Source: Eledone cirrhosa
Taxonomy: Eukaryota
Assembly: GCA_964016885.1 (NCBI GenBank)
Contig: OZ024743.1
Coordinates: forward strand, 308,884,001-308,948,000
DNA: 64,000 bases
Direction of reading: 5' to 3'
The notes under the pieces were generated by a model. It searched no databases and was not told the DNA's origin. It saw nothing but the letters and a program-made list of their open reading frames with translations. Of the stretch, positions 63,775 to 64,000 are shown piece after piece (the stretch's first letter is position 1; every line of letters starts with the position of its first letter). The translations under genes and the position numbers were made by a program.

Positions 63775-63990
63775 ACTGTCTCGAGCCCGGAGGCTTACCA
63801 GGCCGATGTTTATTCCGGTTTCAGTTGCATGAAGCAACTGAGAGTACACGACTTTCCACCTGGACAGGACGCCAGTCCATCGCAGGGCTAAACTACAGTA
63901 CTCATTTTCAGCTGAGTATACTCGAGCAACATGAAATTAAGTGTTTTGCTCAATAACGTAACTCACAACCCAGCCAGGGATTGAACCATT
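63775..63990 (-). mobile_element. tRNA-derived SINE with V/Meta-type central domain
   Basis: Minus strand: B box GGTTCAATCC, then CCCTGCGATGGACTGGCGTCCTGTCCAGG. Confidence 0.65.
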
Positions 63991-64000
63991 TGTTTTACAA

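Overview
Eukaryotic, AT-rich, repeat-saturated genomic DNA, most likely octopus (inferred from tRNA-derived SINEs, RTE LINEs with (GAT)n tails and very long (TA)n tracts; no database check was possible). The only host coding sequence I can support is one terminal exon (18603-18728, +) resembling the C-terminal coiled coil of PIX/ARHGEF6/7. The rest is mobile DNA: young RTE LINEs with a PHD-type zinc finger inside the RT domain, older RTE/BovB relics, CR1-group LINEs (one with an uninterrupted 893-codon frame), a CRE-type endonuclease fragment, piggyBac and hAT derivatives, SINEs, Penelope-like (PLE) RT and GIY-YIG fragments, microsatellites and a 200-N gap. The most interesting signal is invisible in the ORF track: about ten hand-folded type I hammerhead ribozyme (HHR) motifs in several short non-coding elements that are nearly all joined to (TA)n. 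These occur as (i) retrozyme-like ~435-466 bp partial-tandem units with a conserved octamer plus TATA-like box upstream of the ribozyme, and (ii) fold-back/palindromic insertions with a one-sided 3' tail, stacked in a ~4 kb cluster at 57.2-61.5 kb. They share a junction rule: the copy ends at an internal TAT just before an ACTC...TTGAGT-type tail stem. This is consistent with a PLE-mobilised, TA-targeted family of ribozyme retroelements. All folds were made by eye and most repeat boundaries are approximate.
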